From NCBI GenBank assembly GCA_964016885.1, contig OZ024742.1, forward strand, positions 115,816,001 to 115,880,000: a DNA stretch of 64,000 nt, read 5' to 3'. Source of the DNA: Eledone cirrhosa (taxonomy: Eukaryota). Positions within the stretch are counted from its first letter, which is position 1, and the number at the start of each line of letters is the position of its first letter. Both the position numbers and the translations under genes were made by a program. The notes beneath the pieces are model-generated. The model did not search any database and was not told the DNA's origin. It saw only the letters and a program-made list of their open reading frames with translations. This document shows, piece by piece, positions 12,732 through 26,821 of the stretch.

Positions 12732-14439
12732 ACCTTATACCTACGCATATGTATGTATGTACGTAAGAATGTATGTATGCTTGTATGTATATCATATATA
12801 TATATATGTATGTATGTGTGTGTGTGTGTGTGTGTGTTTGGGTCTGTGCGTGTGTGTGTGTATGTATTTATGTACATATGTACTTATGTACATCTCACTA
12901 CATCGCATAGAGGCCCGGTCAGAGAATGATCTCTTTATCTGTGTAAGAAATATTTCGCAGGTGAAAACGGAAGAAGAAAAATTTCGTGCAATGTTAAAGT
13001 AAAATGTTAAAGAATAAAAAATATATTTTTAACCTATAAATGATAAAACATATATGTTAACACCTATGCGACCTCACGAATATTTAAAAAGTATGAAAAA
13101 TAAAATATTATTAGAAAACCTACAACACTTTCCGTTTCCGAATATTTTTCTTTTAGAAAGTCCTAAACAACTTGTCACGATCTATTGCTGCCATTTCCTC
13201 AATTTATATATTAACGATGTTTTACCTTTTTTTTTAAATTGATTTTTAAAATTGTATTCTACGAATAACGTTTTACATAGGGGAAACGTATTCTTCGGGT
13301 GAACTTTGCGTTTGAAACTTTATGAAAAATCCTGACTTATTGATTTATTGCAGTCTTTTAAGAAGACTGAGAAATACACAAATCAAATTTTAAGTTTAAC
13401 CAATAGGCACGTGGGTATATATTTAGTTAACAAGAATTTATTGCTATGTGAAATTCATTTTAATTTTTTTTTTAATCAAATTTTAATGTCTTGAGACAAC
13501 ACTTTTAATTTAGAAATATTTTATGCATATTATATGCTTTTATTAATTAGTTTTTAATTAATATTGAGTTTTATTCGTTAGTTTTATTTATTAATTTATT
13601 ATAGTCGTGCTACTGTATGTTTGTTTCTTATTTTGTTTTAGTCCCGACCTCTTGTGATTATATGTTTGTTTATTAAACATACTATTTTATATTTAACACA
13701 GTTAGGAGCATCACTTTACCGTAGTTATGTTATAGTTCATGTATTCGACACCAATACTTGAGGTGTTCTATACTTAACGGAAATGTATAATAGACATTCA
13801 ATCCTGGATGAATTTCAATTCAGAAGGTACGGAATGTAACTAGATGTTACCTTGTATTCCTTTTCATGTTCTGTTTCAGTTAAATTTACAGCATATAGTT
13901 AAATATAGGTATTTCTAAAGTAGCCCAAACAAGCGCCTAATACACATTCGAACCATTAGCTATCCAGAAAGTGTGAACACTAAAGACATTTGAGCAAAAT
14001 CCAAATGGAAATCTACCAAGTAGAATTGAGTCCAAATTAAGGATATGTAGATCATACGTAAAGAAGACGAAATGAAATTGCACGTTTAGCTTTGTGAGCC
14101 TTAGATTTGATACCAGAGATCAAAACATAGACTGGATATCGACGCATTATTTGATGGAGCTGAAGGCCACAGAGAAGATAGAAAGACACTGAACAGAATA
14201 CTTTAGAAGACTTCTGCGTAGAGAATTAATTCCCGTCAATGATACAACAATTCCATGATGATACTGACTATGATTTCTACAATAGATACTATGTCACGCT
14301 TTTTGAAGGAGAAAATAGTTCATCAGAATTTGGCTAGTATTGATTTCATTGACCTCTGATATATGCTTGCAATGAAATATATTGATTAATCATTTTTTAA
14401 ATAAGAAAAACTCTTCGCATTTCTACCAGTTGTACCAAA

Positions 14440-14600
14440 TGCGGCGAGGCTGAATCATTAAGAAATTCGCTTCGCAATCATATTGTCCCAATGTCAAATT
14501 TAATGTGCCGCGTCTCGGAGAAGTGTCATTTATAGTATACCAGGGTTGACTCTCGTGGATAAATTTGAGTAAATGAAAACTGCTTGGAAACCCCTGGAAT
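14440..14600 (+). mobile_element. Degenerate SINE remnant
   Basis: Resembles a cephalopod tRNA/CORE-type SINE (aagaaattcgcttcgcaatcat...aagtgtcattt...gaaaactg), recognised from memory only. Confidence 0.35.
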
Positions 14601-14999
14601 GGATTGTACCTGCCACAGTAAATATTCTGTAATATCTGGTAGTTTTAGGTTGATTTAAATTGCCCGTTATTTTAACAATTGGGTTCTTCCGTTAACATCA
14701 CAACAGAATCGCTGTTGTCCTCGACAAATTTCCATTCCATTCCCGCGGTTCAAATAATAAAGAACCTTCACCATAGTTCCTCGGTAGTACCTGTCATAAA
14801 TAGTAAACAAATCTACCCCAAAATCCCATTTATCTCTTAAAAAGGAAGAAGAATATCTTAGGTGATATTTTCATAAATATGAAGAAAATATATTTTCTGC
14901 TAGATTCATTTTCATCAATCATCTGATTGATCAGGCTAACCTAGAGCGTACAAACAAGAAAATAATTTGCCATCGATTAGTGTATTTTCGAGAGAGGGA

Positions 15000-15930
15000 G
15001 AGGTGAGTGGTAAAGCTTTCCCCGACTTTCCCTTTTGTTCTTTTTTTAATTGGGTGATTTAGATACTGCTGTTGCTGCTAGTGGTTGTGGTGTGTCTCCC
15101 AATGTTGCTGCTGCCGGTGCCGGTGTTCTTGCTTGCGTGGTCGTTTGCTTCAAGGCAGGTGTAGAGCTTGCTATAGGTTGCATGTCGGGCATGCTCATTC
15201 AAAGTGTGTCTGATTTACTGCTCCTGTCATACTTTGTTTATGACATTCTTTTGGTGCGTTTCTGCCAACATCTCTGTGTGACAGCCACGTCAGTCCATGG
15301 TTTTCTACCTAGTTTGATCGTTTGAGCCAAACGTGTCTTTTTATAAAATGTTCACAATAAACAGTTCGCTTCATTTGGACGCCGTTGCTGCTAAAGGTGT
15401 TGCTGGTGGTGCTTGCTGTTGTTTATATTGCTGGTGTTATTGTCATACTGATTGTGATTGTTGTAATTATCATAGTTTTTGCAAACCATTTGTCGTTGTT
15501 GTCCGTATTTCGAATATTTTTAATTTTTGTTTCTGTAATATTTTGTTGTTGCAAAGGTTGTGGTGGTGGTCATGCTGTTGGTGTTGGCAATACATGTATC
15601 AGTGTTCGTTTTCCTATTGATTTTTGTTAATTTAATTATGTTTACTAGTTTATGTGATCCTGGCGGCGATGTTGAATTTGAACAGCCGGAAATGTATATC
15701 ATAATTTTCCCGTACAGAGTTGATTTTTGTTTTGTCGTTGTTGTTGCTGTTGCAGCCATTATTTTCTGAAGTTTCGCTCTTCCATCCTGTGGGCAGAGGA
15801 CTGTTCTGTCGTGCCATGCTATTCTTCAAAAAAATAATTGTGGTGTGTTTTAAAAGCAAACACATTTCTCCTCTTAGGGTTACAAGGAGACAAAAACTAA
15901 CCAAACTCACGAAAGCACAGGTTAGTTCAA
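15000..15930 (-). mobile_element. Possible old Tx1-like 5' UTR/ORF1 remnant
   Basis: Strong strand-biased (ACA/CAA-rich on minus) low complexity like ORF1 of copies A and B. The end (aaactcacgaaagcac..gttcaact) resembles the 5' end of copy A (aaacttacgagagcg..gttcagtct). Confidence 0.35.
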
Positions 15931-16059
15931 CTATAAAATATCAGTATGTTAGATAATAATGGGAATAACAAACTTACGAGAGCCATCTGTATCGATATAC
16001 CAACGAACCAAATGATAATAATGTTTTCATTCTTTTCTCGAATAGTATCTTTGATAGGT

Positions 16060-16772
16060 TTGATGCTGAGTTTCTGCATGGATGGAGGGAAAATCAGTGA
16101 TGCAAAGACTGAGACGCTCCAGCTCTCTAGGAATCCTGCGAAGTGCAGTCCACATGTAAGTGGAATTCCACTGAAGCAGGTAGAGATATTCAAATATCGT
16201 GGGGTTGTGTTCACAGTTGATGGAAGGCAGAAGGCTGAATTAAATGCAAGAAGTGCAGGAGCTGGTGCAGCAATGTGCCAGCTTCGGCATTCAGTAATCA
16301 GAAGAAGGGAGGTAGGTGTAAAAGCCACAACGGTATCTTCAATTCTCTATTTGTGCAAACCCTTGCATAGGACCATAAATCTCGTGTAATGACTGAAAGA
16401 ATGCGATCACGAATATAAGCGGCCGAAATAGGGCTCCTCTGAAGGGACTTTCGAGTAACGTTAGTCAACAGAGTGCGTAGCTCGGGATCAGAGTGTCACT
16501 CCAGGTAGAGCCGCTACTTTTTCGAATCGAGAGATCACAGTTCCGATACTATGGACATGTGGTGAGAATATCTGAGGAAAAATTCGCTTGATAGATTTTA
16601 CAGGCAAATCCAAGCGGCAGGATACACAGTTGTAGATACCGAACAAGATGGTTGGATAACATCCATGAACTTGGATGGTCTCATGTGGGGATCCAGCCAG
16701 ATCAGTTGGAAACGGTTGCTCCTAACAGGACCCGCTGGAAGGAGTGTTGTTGACTCTGTCCCTGATCTCAGA
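16060..16772 (+). mobile_element. RTE-clade (Rex3/Expander-like) 3' fragment ending at (TAA)n
   Basis: Translation gives ISDAKTE..LKQVEIFKYRGVVFT..MTERMRSRI.AAE..EPLLFRIERSQFRYYGHVVR. Confidence 0.8.
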
Positions 16773-16833
<61 letters not shown>

Positions 16834-19722
16834 GCGAATGTAGCAATGTGCCAGCTTCGGCATTCAGTAATCAGAAGAAGGGAGGTAGGTGTAAAAGCCA
16901 CAACGGTATCTTCAATTCTCTATTTGTGCAAACCCAGTATTCGCCATTAAACAGTTCGAATAACGGTGAAATGGAGACTAGAACGTCATGTGACAGACTC
17001 TCACCCAACAGGTGCTCCCTGGCCCAGCAGCAGGGACCTGGCTATCAACCAAATACTGCTGGTGTCGGAGGAAGAAGAAGAAGGAAAGGGACCAGAACCA
17101 ACTGGACGAAAGAATTGAATAGAACTGTTATGCAATGTTACCTGAAAAGTAACCCCAAGGAGAAGGGCTATAGTAAACGGATGCATAACATCTGGAACGA
17201 GATTGGCCTATTTAAATTCGATGAACAAAAATTGGCCGGGCAGGCTCGGGTAATAAGAACTAATGGGTGGATAAGCGAGCTGGAACTGGAGGAACTGAAC
17301 AGAGAGATTAGCTTGGAGATGGAGGGTGGAGCATGCCAGGCAAACGAGCCAGTGGGAAATGAAGGTGAAGAGGTCGAGAGAACGGAGGAACCACCCGAAG
17401 CAGACAATGATCTGAATACTGAGATAAATAATACCTGGAACATAGATATGTCCACTGAGGAGATGAATGCTGACGGGCTAGGACAAGATTTGGTTGTTAT
17501 CCTAAATTTAGTGGTAGATAAATTGAACAATGATAGTGGGAGACCTATGAACCTAAGATTTGTAGAAAGGAAAAAGTTAAAAGAAACAACAACTAAGGTA
17601 AACAAAATCATCCCATACCTTGAGGCGAGGAGCCTTCACCAGTGCAACAATATCCTCAAAGTAACAGCAAATACGGTGAGGAAACTACTTGGTATAAAAA
17701 CGAGAGGAAACAACAGACAAGAAAGAGCAGAGCCTTGGTGGAAGAAACGACTGAGTGGTCAAATCAGGGAAATGAGAAATGACATTGGAAAGCTTGACTC
17801 CCTACTGAATGAGACACTAAAAAACATAGACACTAAAAATAGACTGGAAATAAAGTACAAAACTAGGAGGAAAAAGCTAAATATTATCATAGAGGAACTG
17901 AAGCAACGCATTGTAGCAAAGAGTGCAAAAATCAGGCGATACGAGAACAGAGTCAGTCAGTATAAACAGAACTGCATGTTCGACAACAACCAGAAGATAC
18001 TGTTTGGACAGCTTGAAGGGAAAGAAAGAGGCAACGACTTGATCCCTGACGCGGAACAAACTAAAACATTCTGGAGAGGAATATGGGAGCAGGATGTTAA
18101 ACGTAATGACCAGGCAGTGTGGATTGCCCTAATGCCCCTGACCAGTGTACTGCGAAAAGTGAGAGCAGGATACATGTTGGGAAAGGGAGAGCTTACCATC
18201 AATCACCTCCTCTTCATGGACGATCTTAAGCTCTTCGGGAAGAGTGAGAAGGAGTTGGATGTGCTTGTTGACACTGTCCATATTTTCAGCAGTGATATAT
18301 GTATGCAATTTGGTATTAGTAAGTGTGGAGTCATTGTGATGAGGAGGGGTAGGTTGAGCAGAAGTAACAGAATCCAGATACCAACAGGTGAGATGATAAA
18401 GGAAATTGACTGTGAGGAAGGATACAAGTATTTGGGCGTTCTGGAGGCTGATGGCATAAAGAACAGAAAAATGAAGGAATTGTTAAGACCTGAATACATT
18501 CGGAGAGTAAGGAGCGTATTGAAGTCACATCTGAACAGCAGAAAGGCCATAAGCGCAGTAAATTCCCGAGCTGTGTCTATTATTAGGTACAACGCGGGAA
18601 TTCTGAGATGGAATGTTGCTGAACAAAAATAAATGGATAGGAAGACTAGGAATCTATTGTCTATCTACAACATGTTCCACAAGAGGAGTGATGTCGATAG
18701 ACTCTACTTAAGGAGATCTGAGGGTCGAAGAGGTCTTATCAGCATAGAGGACTGTGTTCAGATGGAGAAAAACAACCTACACAATTACGTGACTGATAGT
18801 AAGGAGCCAATGCTCAGAACTGTACTGAAGGAGGGGACAATAGGCCAGGGGATGTTCAAGGAGGTAATAACATCAAGGAGAAAGAGCAGCCTTCAGGAAA
18901 AATCCCTTCATAGTACCATCTTTGAGAAAACTGAATTTAGAGATCCACAGACATGTTTGAAAAGAGGAGACCTTAAAAAGGCTACAGAAGGAATGTTAAT
19001 GGCTGCGCAGGACCAGGCCCTCAAAACGAAGTGGTTGAAACACCATATTTACAAGGAGGAGGCTAGCCCACTGGGCAGGATCTGTGGAGAGAGAGAGGAG
19101 ACTGTTGCTCACATTGTATCCGAGTGTAAACACCTAGCCCAGACCCACTATAAGGGCTGGAGACATGATGTGATGGGCAGGGTGATCCACTGGCACCTGT
19201 GCAAAGTAAACAATTTACCACATTCTGAGAAATGGTAAGAGCATAAGCTAGAGTCGGTGACAGTGAACGATCAGGTGAAGGTGCTGTGGGATTTTAGGAT
19301 ACAGACGGACAAGAAACTGGAACACAATAGACCTGACCTGGTAGTTGTGGACAAAGAAAAAAGATCGTGCCTGATTGTGGATGTGACCTGCCCATTCGAC
19401 ACGAGAGTGCAAGAGAATGAGAGGGAGAAAATTAACCGATACCAGGACTTAAAGTGGAAGGTAAAAAGGATTTGGAACTGCCATGAAGTCAAAGTGATCC
19501 CTATTGTCATAGGCACACTGGGGACTATCTCCAAATGTTTACCGGAATGGTTAAAGAAAATCGGCCCCTTCACGCTTTATGGAACGCTTCAAAAGGCATG
19601 CTTGCTGGGAAACACCAAACACGCTCTGATACGTCCTGAATATCTGAGGTTGCAGGTAGTGGCTTGATATTCATTCCAACAAACTTTCCAGTTAACTAAC
19701 ATCAATGACTGAGACTCAAGGA
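16834..19722 (+). mobile_element. R4/Dong copy 2, near full length, with an in-frame 711-bp RT deletion
   Basis: ORF 16665-18632 includes the N-terminal NWTKELNRTVMQCY..GYSKRMHNIW region and LFMDDLKL. CCHC and RLE fragments lie at 18633-19667. (TAA)n flanks both sides. Confidence 0.92.
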
Positions 19723-19730
19723 GTAATAAC

Positions 19731-19769
<39 letters not shown>

Positions 19770-19770
<1 letters not shown>

Positions 19771-22700
19771 TTTTCTTTATTAACCACATAGGGTTTACAT
19801 AAAGTAGACATTAAGGAGAGTGCAGGATAGTACAGCACGGTACAAATGGGCATGTATGCGTGTAAAATACAAAAACAGAGGATGTAACAAAAAAATAACA
19901 TTGAAAAATTCCCCAATAGGGAGGAGACTTCGGAGGGACATTTGTGGAGAAAGCCCATTAAAAGGCCACAGTGACCCTGACCACCAAGGCAAGTGCCCTC
20001 TCCCAGTTTTCCACCTTTAATTTACAGATAAATACTCAGTGTAGGCCCATTCAGTCGGGCCATTCTTGCTTCTCTCACCCATCTTTCAACAAAATGCTGA
20101 AAAAGTCAATCAGGGCATCACCGAAGAGGTAAGTGCTCGTCTTCACCCCTTTCAAACGTGTCCACTATACTATCTCTTTCGCCATGGCCACCAGACAGAT
20201 AAAAATTGCCTGCCCTTCCCGGCTAAAGGAAGAGGGCGGGGCAATCCTCACGATGGACTCAGATGATAGCCGGATCCGTCCTACACGCGGCAGCAGGTGT
20301 TCGACATAAACCCACAAGTCAGCAATTTTCGGACACTGGACGAGTGCGTGCAGGACGGTTTCGTCGCCCTCCGCGCATCTCGGACATGCCCGGCTGACGG
20401 CACCTCCATGCCTGTACAGTTTATCCCGAACTGGCAAGGCTCCTCGGTAGCACTCACCACAGAGCAGATGTCGCTGTGCATGGCAGCGATCCAGCCTCTG
20501 AAGACGGGCCCAAAGCATGCCGCCCTCAGGACTGCCGCTAGGTAACGATGTTCGACCCTATCGAAAGCTTTCGACTGATCTAAATTGATCAAGGACCCAC
20601 CCGTGCCAGGTTCCCTAGCTAACCTCTCTACGATGTATCGCATGTGGTGGAGGTTGTCGTGGCTGGATCTGTCGGGAATGGCACATGTCTGCGCCTCTCC
20701 CACCAGACCATCAACGACAAGCGCCAACCTCTTTGCTAGCACCTTGGCCAAAATCTTGAACTCTGTGTTTAGCAGAGTTATGGGCCTGAAATTATCAATG
20801 TTATCCCCCTTGTTCGGATCCTTTCTCAGCAGTACCACCGCTCCTCGGCTCACAGAACTGGGAATTCTCCCGTTCTGTTGCCAGTTGCAGTACACGTCCG
20901 CCAAGAGGCCTCCGAAAAAGTCTGGCATCTGTACGTAAAGTTCAGAGGGCAGACCATCCAAACCAGACGATTTACCCCTTGTGAAGCCAGTCATTGCCTC
21001 CCTTACTTCAGCGGCTGTTATCGGCTTTTCGCAACATTCCGCATCAGTGGCCGAGAGCCGCGGCAGTCCGTCGAGGTAGACACTAAAGTCCATCCCTCTA
21101 CCCGGCCCACCGCTGCCCCCGAACAGCTGAGTGAAGTGTCGCTGAAAAGCTTCACACATTTTCCCGGGATCGAGTAGCCTGCGCCCGTCGTCGTACGCCA
21201 AAGACCGGATCGCGGCTTTGTTGCCACGACGCGCCTCCGCCACTCGGGCCCATTGAACGGCTTTCGTCCCCTCGTGTCTGAGAGCACGCACCCTAGCTCT
21301 GACAACGCAGCCTTCGTGCTTTACATTGAAGAATTGGTCAAGGGCCAATTTCGCCGCAAGCACGTGGGTCGCAATGCCTTTGCTAAGCGCCTCGTCTAAT
21401 TTTCTAACTAGTTCTCCCTCTGGTCTATTTTTCTCTATTGCTAAAGCCTTACTAAACCTAATGGAGTCTATTCTAATCGCTCTTTTCAGAGAAAACCACC
21501 ACTTGTTGTTGACGATGGCCCCCGTCAACGCCCGCTTAACTAGTTCGCTAATCCGGTCTCTGTAGGCCTTGCGCGCTGGTAAGGACGCGTTTAGCTTCCA
21601 GTAGCCGGGTCCTCGTCTATGAAGCCTATCTAAATCAAGCACACAGATCACGAATCTGTGGTCCGTGTAGCTGACTATCTTGAATTGTGGACAGCCTATG
21701 GTAGACCTATCTATTTCCCTACAAATTACTCTATCTAGATATGATCTGGATGACCCAATACGATTTGTCCAAGTCCACATTGGCACATTCGGGAAATCCA
21801 ATCGGTACCTGTCAGACACTTCAAAACGCCTGAGCAGGTTGGTGAGGCTCTTGCACCCTCTACCCCTAACCGTTAATCCCACACAGTCCCAGCGTGCATC
21901 TAAGATCCCGTTCCAGTCGCCCACTAACACTAAAGAGCGGGACGTTCCAATAATGTTCTCCAGAAACGGAAGAAATCACCCCGTCCTGCTCCTGTGGGGG
22001 TATAGACGGCCAGTAACCTGAAAGCTTTCCCGTCTCCGCTGTTCACGTCCAGCATAACCAACTTACCTGCTGGGTCCAGGAAGATGGCCCGTATGGCAAG
22101 TCCAAACCTCTCCGAAAAAGCACAGCAACTCCACCCCCCGATCCCGGACGGCTGGGAGATGCGTACACATCGTAACCGCCGAAGATCGGTCCGAAGGCCC
22201 GTGCTTCGGAGATTCTGGTCTCGCTAATGGCCACTACATCTATGTTTAGTGACCTGAGGTCGTTGAGCAGGTGGCCTTGCTTCCATGACGACCCTAAACC
22301 ACGCGCATTTATGCTGCCTATTCTGAGTGAGGGCATGTTGAAAAGGAGTGGAAAAGATGGGAAAGACCACTTACCTTACTTCTCGTAGAGGAAGGACGGT
22401 TTTTCCATCCTTTTCACTGCTTGTGGCCTCCGCAGGAAAGATGTCCTTATAAATCCTCCTGGAGAGTTCTTTGCGGAAGTCTCTGATGTCTTTGGGAAAT
22501 TTTGTTTTAGTGTCATGTACGTTTTCTGTGTGATGCGAGTGATTTGTATGTGTGGAGGTGGTGTGGATTTGGGGTTATTGTGTAGTCTTTTCCTGTGATG
22601 CTGGTGTTGTGTTAGATGTAGTGTAATAATTGCTTGTTGTTCAAATTTAATGCTGTGTAGTGTGTATCGTTTTGGTTGTTTTGTTTTGTTTGCGTTTGTT

Positions 22701-24539
22701 GTGGGTTTGTTTCTGTTTCGCATTTTGGTGACTTTTGTGGTGTAGGTGATTGTGGTGTTGGGGTTAATGATGGTGATGGTGTTGGTGTTTGGGGTGATGG
22801 AGTTGGTGATGCTGGTGTGGATGGTGGCATATCTGTCCTAACTTTTTTGTTTGTTAATTTATTTTTTTCCCTCTGTATTTTGTTTTTGGAGGGGGAAGGA
22901 AGAGATTTTTTTCTTTTTTGATTTCTTTTTTTTTTACCTGATACTGTTTCCCACTCCTCGTCGTCACAATCTGTCTCCAGTTGTGATAGGCCGGGGAGTG
23001 GAAAATCCTCCACAGGCGTTAGTTTTGGTTGTGGCGTGGTGGATGGTGTAGGCGCTGGTGCTAGTTCTGAAGCGTTGGGTGGTGGTGGTGTTGGTTTTGC
23101 TACTGTTGCTGGGGTTGTTGCTGTTATAGTTGTATCTGTTGTTGCTGCTACAGTTGTTGCTGCCATCTCTGCTACTGGTGGTGTTGATGGTTGAGCCACT
23201 GGGTTGGGTAGGAGAAGTGGCCTCAACCTTTTAGCATGAGGGCAGAAAGCCCTTAGGTGGGTTCATTCACCACAAACGACACACCTAGGCCTTCTGCCCT
23301 CGACAATTACGGTGAGCTGGCTGCCGTCAGTGAGGTCTATTACCTCTGGGATCTCATCAATGCTTTTTTGGTCCGCTTGGATCAGGAGCTCCATCCCAGA
23401 TCCGGACCAGTTCTCCTGCTTTTCTTTTGCTATTGCTATTATCTTTGTGTTGGCTTCGATGCCGGCGAGGACGGCCGCTATTAGCCAGGGCATTTCGATG
23501 GCCGGTGGAACGTGGGTCACCCTGATATTTACGAGTCTCTGGCCACAATAGCTTGGGACGAGTGTGAAGTCGTCACTTCTTAATGGGGCCATGGAGTGTT
23601 CTCTAGCCTCCCCTGGTGTTTCAATGAACATGTCCACGGTTCCATACTTCTGCCCACATCTGATGTGGGTTTTTCTTGCCCACACATGTCCTAAAGCTTT
23701 TTGGATTTGGGACTCCGATGCCCGTTCCACTTGGCGCGATTTTACATTTAATGTTCGATACGAGACGGTGCATAAGCGCCGATGCTCCATTTTATTAGGT
23801 GGGGGGATGAGGCTGACCCTGTACCCATCTTTCTTTACCATTTTGGGGGCATTTTTTAATTCCTCCTGAGTTACCGTAAATGCTTGGCACTGTTTTGCTA
23901 CTCTGGCAAAACTCAGGGTGTTTTTTTAATCTCATTGTTGTTGTTGTTGCTATCGTTATTTTTGTTATTATTAATTTTAGTTTCAGTTGTGGTGGTGGTG
24001 CCGTCAGTGGAGTTCGGTTTGGAAGAGTCCATTTTGGTTGAAAATATTTAGACATCACGAGTTGATTTATTTTTTCCTTTTGTTTCTGTTGTCGTGGTCG
24101 TGGTGGCGGTGGTGGTTGTCGCGGTGGTGGTGGTGGTGGTGGAGACTTTAACACCTGCAGTCATTGGTAATGGCGGGAAATGAATGTCTGCCTGAGAAAT
24201 TTAAAATATTGCTAGTTCTTAAATTGTTTGTGTTGGCAAACGTAGTATCATTTACAATGGTGGTGTCGGTGTGAGGTGTTAATTCGTGAGGAAGGCTTTC
24301 AGCTGCTTGGTGCAGAGGTGAATTAGTCATTTTTTTAAAAATAAATTTTTTGGTAATCATAAAATTTTAAATTTTGGGCACAAGGCCCCAATGTTTTGGG
24401 GTGTCCTTTTCGGAAAACAATGTATGTGCGCTTATATACAGTTAACAATAAAAACGTTCCATAAATGGCAATTTTTAACAGACGGAAATAACAAACCTTT
24501 GCGGAGCTCACAATGATACAATTTACTACGTAAGTCGCC

Positions 24540-24540
<1 letters not shown>
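19770..24540 (-). mobile_element. Tx1 copy B: both ends present, ORF1 + ORF2, about 1-kb internal deletion in RT
   Basis: ORF2 starts at 22336 (MPSLRIGSINARGL); the 20281-21930 ORF covers APE-RT; the C-terminal CPRC..DETVLHALVQC is at 20165-20518. ORF1 has the knuckle CVVCGE.THLRAFC and a Pro/Thr-rich region. (TAA)n lies at both ends. Confidence 0.92.
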
Positions 24541-24581
<41 letters not shown>

Positions 24582-24582
<1 letters not shown>

Positions 24583-26040
24583 CTTTCTTTATTAACCACA
24601 AGGGTCTACATAAAGTAGATATTAGGACAGTACAGGACAATACAGGGCGGTACAAATGGGCATGTCTGCGTGTAAAAAACAAGAAGCAGAGGATGTAATA
24701 ATAGAATAATGAAAATATTCCACAATAGGGGGAGACTTCCGAGGGACATTCGTGGAGAAAGCCCAATAAAAAGCCACAGTGACCCTGACCACCAGGGCAA
24801 GTGTCCTCTCCCAGTTTTCCACCTTTAATTTACAGACACATACTCAGAGCCATTCTTCACTCGGGCCATTCTTGCCTCTCTCACCCATCTTTCAATAAAA
24901 TGCTGGGAAGAGAGCACTTCCCTTTCTACCCTGATTTTCCTTTTCAAATGAAATTTGAAAAAGGTAACCAGGGCATCACTGAAGAGGTAAATGCTCGTCT
25001 TCAGAGCTTTCAAACGTGTCCACCATACTATCTCTTTCGCCATGGCCACCAGACAGATAAAAACTGCCCGCCCTTCCCGGCTAAAGGAAGAGGTCGGGGC
25101 AATGCTCACGATGGACTCAGCAGATAGCTGGATCCGTCCTGCACGCGACAGCAGGTGTTCGACATAACCCACAAGTCAGCAATGCTCGGGCACTGGACAA
25201 GAGCGTGCAGGACGGTTTCGTCTCCCTACGCGCATCTCGGACATGCCCGACTGACGGCACCTCCATGCCTGTAGAGTTTATCCCGAACTGGCAAAGCTCC
25301 TCGGTAACACTACCAAGCCAGGGATTTCTGGAAGTTGTCCATAGGCCCCAGCCCGAAAGTTCTTCCGAACAGATTGGCTAGTTGATTTTCGTCGACGCCT
25401 AGAGTTTCCCCAAGTACATCGTCGCTCTTCCCCTCCACTAATCCTCTATAGAACGCCAAGGTGGAGTTTCCACCGATCACATTGCCCGATTGGTCGAGGG
25501 CTGTGAGCGCCTGAAGACATTCCAGTCTCCAAGCGCTCTTGCTCGGTCTTCGCTTGACTCAGCACTCCATCTCCGTCAAGGAGACGAGCTGGGGAAAGAC
25601 GCGTCTAGCAAACGGAGACCACACCTGATCACCGTCGAGGAAGAGGTGGAGATGTCGTAGCCTTAGCACGTGTCTGCGAATTACCAGCCACGGCATTCCC
25701 AGCCCTCCACGTAGCGGGTGTTGACAGCAGATGGACCGCCTGACCATCGGAGCGCGTCCCTTCCACAAAAAGCGAAAAAGCAAACGCCCCAGCGCAGTTA
25801 GGCGGAGCTTAGGACAAGGTACGACGGTCAGGCGGTAGTAGATGGCGGACGCGATATACACGTTAGCCACCTCCGCTCGACCTTTCAGGGATGGCTTCCT
25901 CTCGGCCCATTTCTGGGTGAGAGAAGCCACCCTGCTCGTCACCTCATCCCAGTTTTTGTCCATCTGGAGATCCGGACCGAACCAGACCGCGAGCAATTTA
26001 ACTGGTCCGTCCAGCGACCGACGACGCTGTTGGACGGTGA
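24582..26040 (-). mobile_element. Tx1 copy C, 5'-truncated, flanked by (TAA)n on both sides
   Basis: ORFs 25559-25996 (SLKGRAEVAN..HPLRGGLGMP) and 24825-25172. The 3' UTR is homologous to copy B. Confidence 0.9.
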
Positions 26041-26087
26041 TATAATAATAATAATAATAACAATAATAATAATAATAATAATAATAA

Positions 26088-26798
26088 GGGGCAGGCCCTC
26101 AAAACGAAGTGATTGAAACACCATATTTACAAGGAGGAGTCTTGCCCACTGTGGAGGATCTGTGGAGAGAGAGAGGAGACTGTGGCTCACATTGTATCCG
26201 AGTCTAAACACCTAGCCCAGACCCACTATAAGGGCTGGAGACATGATGTGATTGGCAGGGTGATCCACTGGCACCTGTGCAAAGTAAACAATTTACCACA
26301 TTCTTAGAAATGGTATGAGCATAAGCCAGAGGCGGTGATAGAGAACGATCAGGTGAAGGTGCTGTGGGATTTTAGGATACAGACGGACAAGAAACTGGAA
26401 CACGATAGACCTGACCTGGTGGTTGTGGACAAAGAAAATATATCGTGCCTGATTGTGGATGTGGCCTGCCCATTCGACACGAGAGTGCAGGAGAAGGAGA
26501 GGGAGAAAATTAACCGATACCAGGACTTAAAGTGGGAGGTAAAAAGGATTTGGAACTGCCATGAAGTCAAAGTGATCCCGATTGTCATAGGCGCACTAGG
26601 GACTATCTCCAAATGTTTCCAGTGATGGTTAAAGAAAATCGGCCCCTTCACGCTTTTTGGAACGCTTCAAAAGGCTTGCTTGCTGGGACCAGCAAGACCC
26701 TCCGATAGGTCCTGAATATCTGAGGCTGCAGGTAGTGGCTTGATATTCATTCCAACAAAGAATCCAGTTGACTAACATCAATGACTGAGACTCAAGGA
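26088..26798 (+). mobile_element. R4/Dong copy 3, 5'-truncated (CCHC + RLE + 3' UTR)
   Basis: ORFs 26113-26307 and 26335-26625 are near-identical to copies 1 and 2. TAA repeats flank both sides. Confidence 0.92.
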
Positions 26799-26821
26799 GT
26801 AATAACAATAATAATAATAAT

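Noticed and set aside
16665-16970. Poly-Asn N-terminus of the 655-aa ORF as a real protein domain
   Set aside because: It is read-through of the RTE tail, (AAT)n and the captured 94 bp. The element ORF probably starts near 16971.
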